Assembly: GCF_006345805.1 (NCBI RefSeq)
Contig: NC_043004.1
Coordinates: 104,532,001 to 104,596,000, forward strand
Direction of reading: 5' to 3'
From: Octopus sinensis
Lineage: Eukaryota
Length of the DNA: 64,000 nt
In this document: piece by piece, positions 63,929-64,000 of the stretch
Position numbering within the stretch: position 1 is the stretch's first letter
Layout: every line of letters starts with the position of its first letter
Program-made: the position numbers and the translations under genes
The notes under the pieces: model-generated
What the model was told of the DNA's origin: nothing
Seen by the model: only the letters and a program-made list of their open reading frames with translations
The model's database searches: none

Positions 63929-64000
63929 TGTATGTATGCATATATTTTATTTATTACACTATTGTATGACTGAGCGCCTTCGCGTCGATTCGATTCGTTT

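Overview
AT-rich, repeat-saturated eukaryotic DNA. The tRNA-derived SINE families and dense (TA)n/(TACA)n/(GATA)n/(CA)n microsatellites point to a coleoid cephalopod (octopus-like) intergenic or intronic region; this assignment is an inference. I see no intact, recognisable protein-coding gene, and most ORFs in the supplied track are microsatellite or SINE artefacts. Supported content: a full-length frameshifted mariner (3988-5280), several deleted mariners and MITEs, hAT elements with 8-bp TSDs, three non-autonomous Helitrons, two foldback elements and several SINE families. LINE remnants come from the CR1, R4/Dong, Tx1 and CRE clades. There is a mosaic tandem duplication at about 3.4-17.7 kb and a second duplication at 41.8-42.9 / 46.0-47.1 kb. 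The most interesting signals are: minimal hammerhead-ribozyme motifs in Penelope-like termini (best at 6188-6272, minus strand); a CRE/MoTeR-like RT fragment that starts at a TTAGGG-like tract; a retro-tail found only inside (GATA)n and shared with a SINE; and a candidate minus-strand spliced transcript at 53.1-57.3 kb. All alignments were done by eye and no database was searched.
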